In this document: piece after piece, positions 42,201-52,036 of the stretch | Numbering within the stretch: the stretch's first letter is position 1 | Layout of the letters: every line of letters begins with the position of its first letter | Assembly: GCA_050084985.1 (NCBI GenBank) | Contig: JBITNC010000001.1 | Location: 47,430,001 to 47,494,000 of the forward strand | DNA length: 64,000 nucleotides | Reading direction: 5' to 3' | Source of the DNA: Nageia nagi | Lineage: Eukaryota > Plantae > Pinophyta | The notes under the pieces: generated by a model | Told to the model about the DNA's origin: nothing | The model's database searches: none | The model's input: the letters and a program-made list of their open reading frames with translations, nothing else | Made by a program: the position numbers and the translations under genes

Positions 42201-45200
42201 GGATGCATGTTAGAATCAGGTTTGTCTACAAGAATGTTATTTTGATTCTACAAAGCACATTTTGACAACTCGAGAACTATTTGAAGCCTAATATGCAGCC
42301 AAAATATCTCATTTAGCATAAGGAATTGTCATTAGGCAGTGAAGTCAACAACATTACTTTAGTTGAATATAATCCTAAATGGCTCCTTCTTTGGCCTAAG
42401 TTGGTTACACCCTATGTGGAGTGAGACCATTATTAGAAATAATATAATATAAATAGAAGCACATGTAATACTTGTTATCATCTTTGTAAAATGATAATTG
42501 CTCAATTGCAATTTTTGGAGGTTGTCCCATCAAAGTGGCTAGAAGGTTCACCCCTTCAAAATGGTGAAATGTATCATCTTTAGACTTCTATTTATTGATA
42601 TTTGGGATTTGGCTATTGCGAAATATTTTTCAATTGATATTATATGGTGATATTATTCTTCTATTTATCTTCAACTTTATTATTTGATATAAATTAGAAT
42701 TGAAATATAATTTTGTTCTTTCTATTAGTTTGTTCGTAACAAATCCCTTTAGTGTTTAGTTAGAAGTACCTCATGGTGGTTATTAGGAATTTAGATAATT
42801 ATACATTTTTAATTAACAAATTTAAAAATTTATGTCATTCAGCTTCCAATAGAAAATGCCACACAGGAAAGGCCTGAAATACAATTGCTCTAGGGAACAT
42901 CAATCCAAGGAGAGAGAATACAATCATATCCAAAGATAATCCATTTCAGTATTAGTTGTTGGTATTTTGTTTGGAACTTTACAAATTCTAATGTTCATTT
43001 ATATCTTTTTTAAGATGGATTTGATGTTCATAACAATGTTTAAAAGTTTGCCGCTTGCAACTAGTTGTTTTCCTTGCTGCTGAGATTAATTGTCGATTCG
43101 ACAAAAAAGCAGAAAAAGAAACGAAACAGAAATATATTTTTCAAATACCAATTCCAGTTTTGCATTACCAAAACACATAATACTGCATTACAAATCAAGA
43201 CAGCATGTTTTTTGCACTTCGTGCTCATACTTCATAGTTCATAGATCATATCAAATATTGCATAGTGATTACATAAACCATAAATATCAAAATACAGATC
43301 GCAATGTTTATTTAATTTTTCAAAAAACAAAATAAAAAGTTCAAACATATCAAAGATATGCTCTCTTTTTCCTCTTAATTTTCTCTATTGATGCTGTCCT
43401 AGATATCCTATCCCTTGTTCTAGATGTTGTTGGTGCCCTAGAACACTCACAATGGCAATGAAGACTCTCAAGACTGCTATGCACATTCTCATCTACCTGA
43501 AACTCTTCAAACATGGACTGGAGTAACTGAAAAGAGGCCCCTTGTCTTGTATTTATAATTTTTTTCATGCATTAAATTGTTTTGCAATGTTTTTTGGAGT
43601 TCGGCGGATAAACCCATCTGGATCCGCGATTCAAGTGATTAATCAGTCCAGATAATTGCGCACAAACTGGAAAAAATGGATCTTCGGGGAATATTTCGAA
43701 TTGCCGGATTTCTGGGCGATTGTTCAGCAGGGGGTCTCAGGCGATTAAGTGGCAACCATCCGCGATTAGTCGCAATGTTTAAAACACAGGTTCATAACAA
43801 TCACTTAATACCTTTTCTTTAGTTAGTAAAGTTTATGAAAACTCTAGTTTTCCTACATGCAGAAGAATCAAGACTTAAACTGGGCACATTAGCTCATAGT
43901 TGACTCTTAGGCATTAAAGTAGAGTGTTGTTTTGGATCCAGTTGATTTTGAGTACAGTTCTAAGGGACTGCATATTGGCCATGTACAATGACTATATGTA
44001 ATGACCTTATTTTTTAGAATATCCTGTATTTGGGATTTTCCACAAATCTCTTCTTCTACAAGTTAGATATGGCCATTGCACCTTCCGAATTGGATAGAGC
44101 ATCTCGTGATATTTGTTTTAAGTGGTCACACGACATCTTTTGGACAAGAAATGAAGGAGTTATGGCTACTTGAAGTTCGCCAGTGAGACCAGTTTTTCAT
44201 ATCGCATTCACACATGAAAATCCACTTAACTTAGTGTATTTCTACTTAAAAGTGCACCGTTGGATTATAATAAGCTTTTATGTTATTCTAATGTTATTTT
44301 AAGTACTTTTATTTGTAATAAAGTCAATCAATGGCTTAGATTAGCTTAGAAGGGTCAATGCAAGATTAGGGTTGGAGTCTATATAAGGAGATGCAACTCT
44401 CCATTTTGGGCATATTATTGATTTTATTGATATTGATATTGTAATGAGTCCTTGTGATTCTCATCTCCATAGTGCATAGGTGATGATCCCTAGCATGGAT
44501 GGAAGCTCTACAACTGACAAGTGATGGCCCTTGCTGTTGTATTGCCCTAGGGTGATGCTCCCCTGGACCCCCAATATTCAGAAAATACAAAAAGAGGTAC
44601 CCAAGAGGAGTTCATGGCATTTGTGGCAGTTTCAGCTTTCAGTTTGGTGTGTTGTTCCAGTTCAGATCTGAGAAGTCAGCCTCCCCAAGGCAGTCGCCCA
44701 TCTTTTGAGGTCACTTTTTAAATATTTCTGAGGAGTTTTGCATTTGTTCCAGCCCAACACACCCATTGCCCATTTGTACTGGTTTGGCATATCTAAATAA
44801 ATACATTTGGCTTGTCTCTCCTCATATTTGGTGTTATTTTCAGTATTTTATTATTTCTGTAATTTATTTCTGCAATTTCGAATTAGGGTTTCTGCATAAA
44901 AACAAAAGGAACGTTGCACTATAGTACTCCTTGAGACTTTTTGGCCTCATCTGGCATACATACCTTCTCAAAAATGTTTTCTCCTTGCTTTTTATATGCT
45001 GCACAGATTGATATATCAAGATTCAATAATACTAATTATTTTTGTTTCTTTACCAGTTTTAAGCAATCTGGGTGCTTTCTGTGTGTGTGTGGGGGGGGGG
45101 GGGGGTGTTCTCCAAAATGATTAGATATTCATAATGTATAAATTACAGTTGGAGATATCAATTTTACACGTAGGTCTGTAACAAGTAATATTTCTCATCT

Positions 45201-48200
45201 GCTTAGAAAAATGCAGCCCAATTTACGTGAACATGATTTACCATGAGAAGAGTAAACCATAAAAGAAATAAGCATGCCTTAATAAACATTTGTACCTGGT
45301 GCTCAAAAAAAGGATAGTCCAGATAGATATCAAAACGCCTGGGAAAAGTTACATTAGTCGGAATCCATTTGACAGAATACATAAGCTCCAATGTACTTCC
45401 AGATACAAGAGGCTGAGGGTTTTCCTGAGTAAGGTTTAAGTGAATTATCTGCAATTCACATAAGATTCACAACAATTTGTTACATTCATTATCACGGCAA
45501 GATTGCATTTTCAAATTATTTATGCAATGTTTATGTGTATCAGCTAAAGAGTAAACTCATATAAAAGGAAGCAATGAATTCTGCTTCTATATCAAAGAAG
45601 AAAAGAGAAGTATTCTAAAAGCATTGTACCCGCTTACCTGATCCTTATTTGTCTTTACAACAAGGTTCTTATGTGTGTAAAGCAAATGCCTCTGATCTCC
45701 TTTCTTCTCGGTATGCAATTCTCCCACAAATCCTAAATATCACAATTTTATATCAGTGCATGGTATGCTGGAAAGTCATTGAAACTGTGAAATGAAAATC
45801 AATGGAACTACATTATAGAAAGGAAACCATACCCATAAAGGCAAATCATCTGGGACAAATACCAACAAGCAGACCATAAATGAAGTCAGACACTGTCAAA
45901 ATAATTGGTAGATGATAATCCCATCTTAAAGTTTATGGCACCAAAAAGATGAAAGAAGAGGAAGAAAGGACGTACCCATGAAGAATTCGGACCAATACAT
46001 GTTCTCAATGGCATCCTTGAACTGCTGCACCTTGTCATCATTAAGTTCAAGACTACATATTTTGCTCTTATCAACATTGTCTGCCAAAGAATCATGCTGC
46101 TTAAGTATAGAATTCCGTCCTCCTATAATATAGTTTTAACAACTATTTTTTTATGTTTCTAATTCTTTGCATGTATCCAAGAATCAAGATCATCAGTGTA
46201 TTCACTGTCAGTATAGCATTTACAATGGTTAATCAAATCTTTTTATATATTACATAAAATCACTATCTTGTCAAATAAGAAAAATGATCTTCAGTCCAAA
46301 AGAATTTTCCTAAGAAGTAGATATGTCAGTCTGGAAAAGCTGTAGTTAAAAATTACAGATAAATCTGCTAGCTATCAAACATCTTTTCTCTAAGCCAAAG
46401 TCAATCAACATCTAAAACCAGAAAATTACAAAATCAACTACATACAAGAGCAAAGTTGCCAGAAGACTTACTTCCAAATTTAATGTCAATTTGACTATCA
46501 ATAAGCTCATTGCCTTCCAGAACCTCTCCAAGCCCTCCCACTTGTGTGTAGGGTTATTTCCAGGATGGCAGAACGGTAGACTATAGTAGTTATATGTTTC
46601 TTGAGGATTGTTGTATGGGCCAACTTTGTTCACCCAAAGAGTTACAGGATCACCAACATTATACTGCTCACAATGATAAACAAATTCAGCAATCTTCATC
46701 AGAATGTCATCATACAAAAATAGAAATGCATAGAAGGCTAGTATCTCCAAACATGAAGGGATGTCAAGAAATTTGTTTATGCACAAAGAGAAACACATAT
46801 GCATTAATTTGTCTTCAAAAGATATAGGAATGTTTGAGGAAAAAACAGAAAGGTGCACTATTTTCAGTAACTAGTATTTTCCTTTTTTGACTGAAGAGTA
46901 CTTTCTACAAAATATAATATGTGAATATAGGCTCAATGCCAACAGCAGACAGCTTGTCATTGTTGCAATATGTGATATGTTTATCTGCATCCTATTTTAA
47001 ACACAGACTTTGCCAGTTGATAGCAATTGTAAGGTTTGTATACAATGTCTAAATTTATAAATCTAATCATGTTAAACATCTTTTTTATGAGCTATTACTT
47101 CAGTGAGTAAATGGAAAACATTTAATTGAATAAATTATAAAATTTCTCTGTAACAGGTCAGTTTTTATGAAACAAGTTCCAGAAGTTCTGCCATAACAGC
47201 CTGAACAACATTCACATTAAATTTCAGTGGCAAAATCATGGAAAAACAATGAAGAAATAAAATTAGACAGCATCTGAAAGTTATCACTTATCAATCAAGG
47301 TCTCATCATGTTACAAATATAAGAGTCTTGTGGAATGCATGGAATTGACTTCATGAAGATAGCGCGCTTCATTTTAGGTGCCTAAATAAGAATGCTATGA
47401 CAAGTGACATTACTCCATTGATTGAATACCCAGCTGCGCAGCTTTTCTACATTCTAAAAATGGGGGCAACAAGAAGCCCCTAATTCTTTATCAATAAACC
47501 ACTTTCAATATGACTTGGGAAAGACTAATCCACTCAGGTTTACACAGGCAACAAAATTGACGCATTGCAGGAACAAGGAGAGTTAATTAGCTATAGTCAA
47601 AGGGTTGCAACCTATAGTGATACAAAATTGAATATCATACGCCTATAGGCACTCTGGCTTGATTGTGACCTACAAAGTGACTTCCACCTTCGCCTTTTTC
47701 AAATCCAATGAACAGAATTCAACTGACCGAAGGATTAGGTCTATGACACGTAAAGAACGCATAGAGATTGGGTTCCTCCCTAAGAATTCAGCTCATGCCC
47801 GCAAACCAAGCACATCATTAAACCCCTCTGCTTCAGATCCGCCGTCGGAAATGACAATAAGGGGAATGACAACAAAAAACAATACAATGATACAAGGACC
47901 CATCATAAAAAAACTACCCAACATCAAAACCGCAATAAGCTCTAACCCAGATCCCCATGTTACCATACATAATTTGCAGGCAAGAATATGACCTCAATCC
48001 CAATAAAATACACTCAAACTCAATTCAGTGACTAACACGAATTTTATACAAGTAAACCCATGAATCATTATGGATTATAAAACCCAAAAAATAAAACTAG
48101 TCCAAATCATGTAAATGAGAACCTAGAGATGAAGTCACCGTTCCATGGATCTGCCTACTGGATTACAGATAAACTATGTTCCTAGCATGAAGTGTTTATT

Positions 48201-48333
48201 AAAGCAACATGGGATAGAAATGCGGCACCTTGTGATCATATTCTGAAGCAACAACCATCACCATGGGAAAACATATTGCACGTAAGAAGGTCAAACATAG
48301 CAGCCATTGCTGAGTTTTTACCGACTTCTTCAT
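12167..48333 (-). CDS. TMN1: Transmembrane 9 superfamily (nonaspanin/EMP70) gene, TMN1/EMP12 type; 13 coding exons, ~593 aa if two 1-nt deletions are corrected
   Basis: Exons read by hand with GT..AG boundaries give [39 protein letters not shown]...[21 protein letters not shown]...[16 protein letters not shown]...[12 protein letters not shown], collinear with Arabidopsis TMN1 as recalled. Exon total is 1780 nt, 2 nt short of 594 codons. Confidence 0.93.
12341..12614 (-). CDS. TMN1: TM9SF exon 12
   Basis: [11 protein letters not shown]...[16 protein letters not shown]...[15 protein letters not shown]; AAG/GTAATT. Confidence 0.95.
12866..13108 (-). CDS. TMN1: TM9SF exon 11
   Basis: [25 protein letters not shown]...[24 protein letters not shown]; CAG/GTAAG. 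Confidence 0.95.
13203..13333 (-). CDS. TMN1: TM9SF exon 10
   Basis: [44 protein letters not shown]; CAG/GTATGC. Confidence 0.93.
13499..13593 (-). CDS. TMN1: TM9SF exon 9
   Basis: [31 protein letters not shown]; CAG/GTAAAT. Confidence 0.93.
13778..17608 (+). mobile_element. Non-autonomous copia-type LTR element (TR-GAG-like) in TM9SF intron 8
   Basis: LTRs 13778-14334 and 17063-17608 (TG..CA); perfect TSD TCCAA; PBS TGGTATCAAAGC 14337-14348 (tRNA-iMet type); PPT AAGGGGGAGAA; gag N-terminus from 14487 ([31 protein letters not shown]); no pol motifs seen. Confidence 0.92.
18530..18696 (-). CDS. TMN1: TM9SF exon 8
   Basis: [37 protein letters not shown]...GMLYVG; CAG/GTATGT. Confidence 0.95.
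18855..23940 (-). mobile_element. Degenerate, internally deleted Ty1/copia element in intron 7
   Basis: Homologous LTRs 18855-19274 and 23496-23940; gag fragments ([13 protein letters not shown]; zinc knuckle [11 protein letters not shown] at ~21700-21750); RNase H end DIFTKSL at ~19350-19372 followed by PPT; flanks CACTC/CCCTC. Confidence 0.75.
19373..21692. repeat. Two related LTR-like sequences in inverted orientation (imperfect foldback)
   Basis: TGTAACATCCTAAATATTTTCCAGCCTTGTA at 19373 (+) matches TGTAATGTCCCAAAATATTTTCAGCCTTGTA from 21692 (-); internal homology ~19850-19985 vs ~21095-21255. Confidence 0.7.
24274..24408 (-). CDS. TMN1: TM9SF exon 7
   Basis: [45 protein letters not shown]; CAG/GTGAGT. 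Confidence 0.95.
26796..27374 (+). mobile_element. Possible solo LTR
   Basis: TGTTTAAACATGT...ACATGTCAACA inverted termini; internal TATAAAGAGG; no convincing TSD. Confidence 0.4.
27671..29225 (+). mobile_element. 1.55-kb internally deleted Ty1/copia element
   Basis: LTRs 27671-27849 and 29039-29225; perfect TSD ACTTT; PBS TGCTATCAGAGC; RT-end (VYVDDLVI; [18 protein letters not shown]) and RNase H (GYMDANYGG...[11 protein letters not shown]). Confidence 0.9.
30380..32500 (+). mobile_element. LTR-like sequence (family shared with 8131-9066) split by a hAT insertion
   Basis: Similarity to 8720-8900; sequence continues after the hAT TSD; boundaries approximate. Confidence 0.45.
31129..32295. 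mobile_element. Non-autonomous hAT element (1167 bp)
   Basis: Perfect 10-bp TIR CAAGGTTGTC/GACAACCTTG; perfect 8-bp TSD GTTTGTGA; subterminal (C)GTCCCC/GGGGAC motifs. Confidence 0.9.
34030..38713 (+). mobile_element. Degenerate Ty1/copia element lacking its 5' LTR
   Basis: gag, protease ([10 protein letters not shown]), integrase ([22 protein letters not shown]), RT (VYVDDLLI), RNase H ([15 protein letters not shown]) in copia order; PPT AAGGGGGGAA then LTR 38465-~38713. Confidence 0.92.
37780..38191. mobile_element. hAT-type MITE (412 bp) in the copia RNase H
   Basis: Perfect 8-bp TSD GGAGAAAC (37772-37779, 38192-38199); imperfect TIR TAAGGTTGGAAAA/CTTGGTTCGAAAA; repeated ACTCG motifs. Confidence 0.85.
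43034..43789. mobile_element. hAT-type non-autonomous element (756 bp)
   Basis: Perfect 8-bp TSD GTTCATAA (43026-43033, 43790-43797); imperfect TIR CAATGTTTAAAA/CTGTGTTTTAAA; CG-rich subterminal GCGATT motifs. Confidence 0.8.
43928..44904 (+). mobile_element. Possible solo LTR
   Basis: TGTTTT...AAAACA termini; TATATAAG box at 44379; LTR-like TAGGGTT motifs; no TSD found. Confidence 0.4.
45080..45105. repeat. (TG)n plus G15 homopolymer
   Basis: Directly visible. Confidence 0.9.
45296..45448 (-). CDS. TMN1: TM9SF exon 6
   Basis: [14 protein letters not shown]...[15 protein letters not shown] (ORF 45203..45454); CAG/GTAC. Confidence 0.95.
45638..45732 (-). CDS. TMN1: TM9SF exon 5
   Basis: [32 protein letters not shown]; TAG/GTAAGC. 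Confidence 0.92.
45833..45849 (-). CDS. TMN1: TM9SF microexon 4 (DDLPLW), 17 nt as assembled; 18 nt needed for phase
   Basis: CCCAG|ATGATTTGCCTTTATGG|GTATGG encodes the conserved DDLPLW, which is absent from the flanking exons. Confidence 0.88.
45976..46080 (-). CDS. TMN1: TM9SF exon 3
   Basis: [34 protein letters not shown]; CAG/GTACGT boundaries. Confidence 0.92.
46472..46663 (-). CDS. TMN1: TM9SF exon 2 (contains -1 frameshift at 46537-46539)
   Basis: CAG acceptor; [42 protein letters not shown], then in the shifted frame [21 protein letters not shown]; GTAAGT donor. Confidence 0.92.
48229..48333 (-). CDS. TMN1: TM9SF exon 1 (signal peptide; [35 protein letters not shown])
   Basis: ATG at 48333, hydrophobic leader, conserved ASExDHK, GT donor at 48228. 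Confidence 0.85.
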
Positions 48334-49369
48334 TTTTTGTTTTTCGAGGTTCCAGAGAGGCTAGTGAGCTCCAACTTAACTCTGCGAATTTCGCTGGTGA
48401 GATCTATATCCTGTATTATCTCGCACCTTGTTGTAAATGTATATTACTGTATGTTAAACAAGTCATAATTATAATTAATATACGGCTGACTTTTACAAAA
48501 AATTGAGTACAGTAGTGCAGCTCTTCCTGACGAGTGAAGAATGGCTTGATTGGTTTCCAATGCCGTTTCTTCGTGGAAAGGGGTGAACGTTTGTGGATGC
48601 TAAGACTCCATTAATTCCAAAAATGGGCAGATAATTTGATTATATATTTCATTGTGTTAATGTTTTGAGGAATGTTGTTCCCATGTAGGGTTGTTGGGCT
48701 AGTGGAAAAGGCAAAATTGCACTTTCATTTTTAAAAAAAATTGTGAAAGTATGTTTTTTATTTGCAAAAGATTTATGATGGTATGTATTTTAGGTCATCA
48801 TAAAGTGTATATATTTTATTAAAGTTATTCATGATTTGTATTTGGTTTAATTATATTGTATTTTCTTTTTATTCTATTACATTAGGGTAGGAGATTTGAA
48901 CGTAGATTTCCTATAAAATATTCTCATTACTTTACAAAGTCTTGTTTTATTATCTATTTTTATATAGTGAAAAATCCTCTTACAAGGATTGCCTTCATCT
49001 TAGTTACCATAATGAGGGGTATATGTTCTATCAAAGTTAGTCAGGATTTGCACTTGAATCGGACCACACTTGTACTTTTCTTCAAGATTCTTACTTGTTC
49101 TACCTTATAAAGGTAGGAAGATTTGAGCCTGGCCTCCCATAGAGTGTTTCTATTACTTACCCCAACTCCCCTAATGTGGATGAACTTATTTATTTTTTAT
49201 TCTATGATTTGTTTTATTTTGTATATATTTAGTCCACCCAGGTTTTGGGAATTGGGAAAGCAATGGGAATACTCCATGGGATGCCCAAGTTCAAATCTCA
49301 TCGCCTCTAAATGATAGAACATGTAAAAGGAGTTTCAATACCCTTCTTTTATATTTAAAAAACTATCAA

Positions 49370-49372
<3 letters not shown>

Positions 49373-49449
<77 letters not shown>

Positions 49450-49455
49450 ATATAT
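49373..49455. repeat. (AT)n microsatellite, ~40 units, one interruption
   Basis: Directly visible; shorter (AT)n also at ~9741-9759 and ~11019-11040. Confidence 0.95.
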
Positions 49456-52036
49456 CAAAGGTTATACTCATGAAATTTTAAGGGAGTTGGATGAACAAGT
49501 GGGCATGGAAACTCTCAAATGATGTAAAGACAGTCCAAGGTTCAAATCCTTCTACATGGTAGTGATATGTCTCAAATATCATATCATGGTGACATGTCTT
49601 AAATTCTTACTATTAAGTTTGTATTTCTAACTTTTGGGTATTTATCAAATTCTTATTTTGTGCTTTTAGTGGTGAGATATTTTGGTTTGCATTCTTATTT
49701 CCCTTTTTGGGTCTCAGATAAGTATGATCGCTCAAGTCTTCCACTTAGCTTTTCAATTTCATGATTTTTCTTACTGGAATCACATCCAAACCAAATTTCT
49801 CTTCTTACACTTGTTTGAATCTATTTTTAGGCCCTTTAGAACCTTGGTGGACCTCCGTCTTCAAAATAAAGCATGTTTTAGGCTTCTTAAGAGCTTTACT
49901 TGCTCATCGGATGCATTTTTATGCTTTGTTGTATCGTGCCATGTCTTGCAATATCTAACAAAGCCTTACTACATCGTTTTCATGCTTTTGTTGACATCAT
50001 CATTCTTACTACATGACACTAAGTCAATTACTTATTGTGTTGCACCTTCAAAGGCTTTTTTCAAGTGTTAGTCATGCCTTCCCATTATGTGTTGATATCA
50101 TCGTTCTCGTCACCTAACATCTTGTAACTTATTATCTTTCTAAACTTTATTTGAGCTTATGTTGATGTTACATGTCTTATTGCTTACCACTTAGTGAATT
50201 TCTTGTTATGTTGCACTCCACCAATCTTATTGCTAATGTCACCTCTCTAAAAGTGCAACAATGCAACTTGTCTCCCTTACCATAGTCTAAGAAAATACTT
50301 GTTGATGTCATTACTTGAAAATCATGATATTCTACTTGTTTTCCCTGTTACACATTACAGTAACTGTATATTCATACATAATAAATTCTTTATTGAAGCC
50401 CCGATGTACTTTACTTGCAATCATGAGTTCATTTTAAGATCCCCGGGAGTTTTTCTAGAGCAAACAAAATAGGTTAGAGTCAGTAGATAAAGTGTTCTGG
50501 AATGAAATGATGACGTCATAGAAGAAAGGATAAAGCTCAGTTGTGGAAAAGCCCGGGTTCCGGAAGAGGTGAGGTCAGCAAGAGAAAATCAAAGAAGCCG
50601 GAGCCCCTAAATTAAGTGTTCCGGAAGTAAAGCGTTCCGGAATAAAATGATGACATCACAGAGGATAAGATAGTCGTGTTTTGGTAAAGATCAGGTTCTG
50701 AAGATGATGAGGTCAGCAAGGGTGAGTAAAAAGGCCAGAGTCAGTAGATAAAGCATTCCGGAAGGAAATGATAAAGCTCAGTTGTAGAAAAGCCCGGGTT
50801 CCGGAGATGATGAGGTCAGCAAGGAGTGATCGAATAGTCGGAGCCAATGAGTAGAGCATTCCGGAAGTATGAAGATGACATCACAGGGAGAATAATGTTC
50901 ACATTTTTGAATGAAACCGTGTCCCGGAAGTGATGAGGTCAGCAAGGAGTGATTAAATAGCCGAAAGAGGTGAGTAGAGCAATCTGAAATGTAGAGATGA
51001 GGTCAGCAAAGAGAGATTGAATAGTCGGAGCTAGTAAATAGAATACCCCGAAAGAGACGAAGTCAATGAGAGGTCAGATCACAGTTATCAAGAAGTCATA
51101 TCATCTGCAATCTGCCCCATTTTTGTAATATTCTGCCAAGTGGCGTATGTAGGTAGTATCAGTTAAAAGAAGGCTAGAATCTTGAAGCCATTTTTGTAAA
51201 CGTTTCTGTTCTGCAATTCTTGTAACTGTCGTTACTGCAGTATAAATATATGAAAATAAAGTGAAAGAAGGGTCGGAAGCCCTAGTATTGCTCTTTACAT
51301 TTATTCTCGAAGACCTGTAGTTTTTATCAGTAATATGATACCATCTTGACCTTTCTTGTCTAACACTTGTGATTGTCATTCTTAATTTGGTTACATCGTG
51401 GCAGCTTGGCTTGTTTCCTGAATGATAATTGCGAGTTGCTAGTATAACTGTGTCTGCTACATGGTAGAGTAAAGCTAGGAAACTATTAGAGAGTGAGAGC
51501 TTGTACTGTAGCTGCTACACTAGATTCAGACCAAGGTTTCACACACTGTGAAAGCTCGCGCTGAACTAGTGATCCACCTTTGCTTTCTCTCTTGTTACCC
51601 TAAGCCTTTTTGCTTAAATTCCTTGCACTCTACTCCTTTTTATTTCCTTTCCTATTACTTTTTCCTCTTGTTATTTTCCTGTTACTTTGCTTTCTCTCTT
51701 GTTACCCTAAGCCTTTTGCTTAAATTCCTCACACTCTACTCCTTTTATTTCCTTTCCTGTTACTTTTTCTACACCCAATAGATAAGGAACCGACCTTCTC
51801 CGAAGATCAGACTGTCACCATAGTCTGTTCTTGATTTACTTTGGTTAAGATTGTTCATGGCGCATATATTACACAATCCTAATCAATAGTATTTCTTTTT
51901 GGCATGCCCGGTGGGACACGAAGAAACTTATTGGCGACTCTGCTGAAGCACTATCTATGGTATGTATTAAAGCAAATTATTTGTAAATATCATATGTGCT
52001 TTTGAACCTTTCACTTTCTTTTGCAACCTGGAGTTT

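Noticed and set aside
45733-45832. U12-type or non-canonical intron explaining the microexon phase problem
   Set aside because: Donor reads GTATGGTT, not the U12 consensus RTATCCTT, and the acceptor is a normal TAG
45886-46095. ORF track peptide over exon 3 as an alternative protein
   Set aside because: It is the shifted frame of TM9SF exon 3; the conserved translation is in another frame
47290-47640. Possible LINE zf-RVT remnant in intron 1
   Set aside because: Only a weak TWERL-like motif; too degenerate to support
47659-48506. Plus-strand ORFs of 110 and 104 aa overlapping TM9SF intron 1/exon 1
   Set aside because: Non-ATG starts, no recognisable motifs, antisense to the real gene
48334-48700. 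TM9SF core promoter elements
   Set aside because: Position implies a promoter, but no TATA box or other motif could be supported from sequence alone
50480-51080. Regularly spaced repeats superficially like a CRISPR array
   Set aside because: Eukaryotic context, degenerate units, intervening sequences related to each other, no cas genes; the array is internal to an LTR and copied with it
51548-51781. 77-aa hydrophobic ORF repeated three times (also 54879 and 58211)
   Set aside because: Starts at GTG and is the translation of a CT-rich tandem repeat within the LTR; no coding evidence
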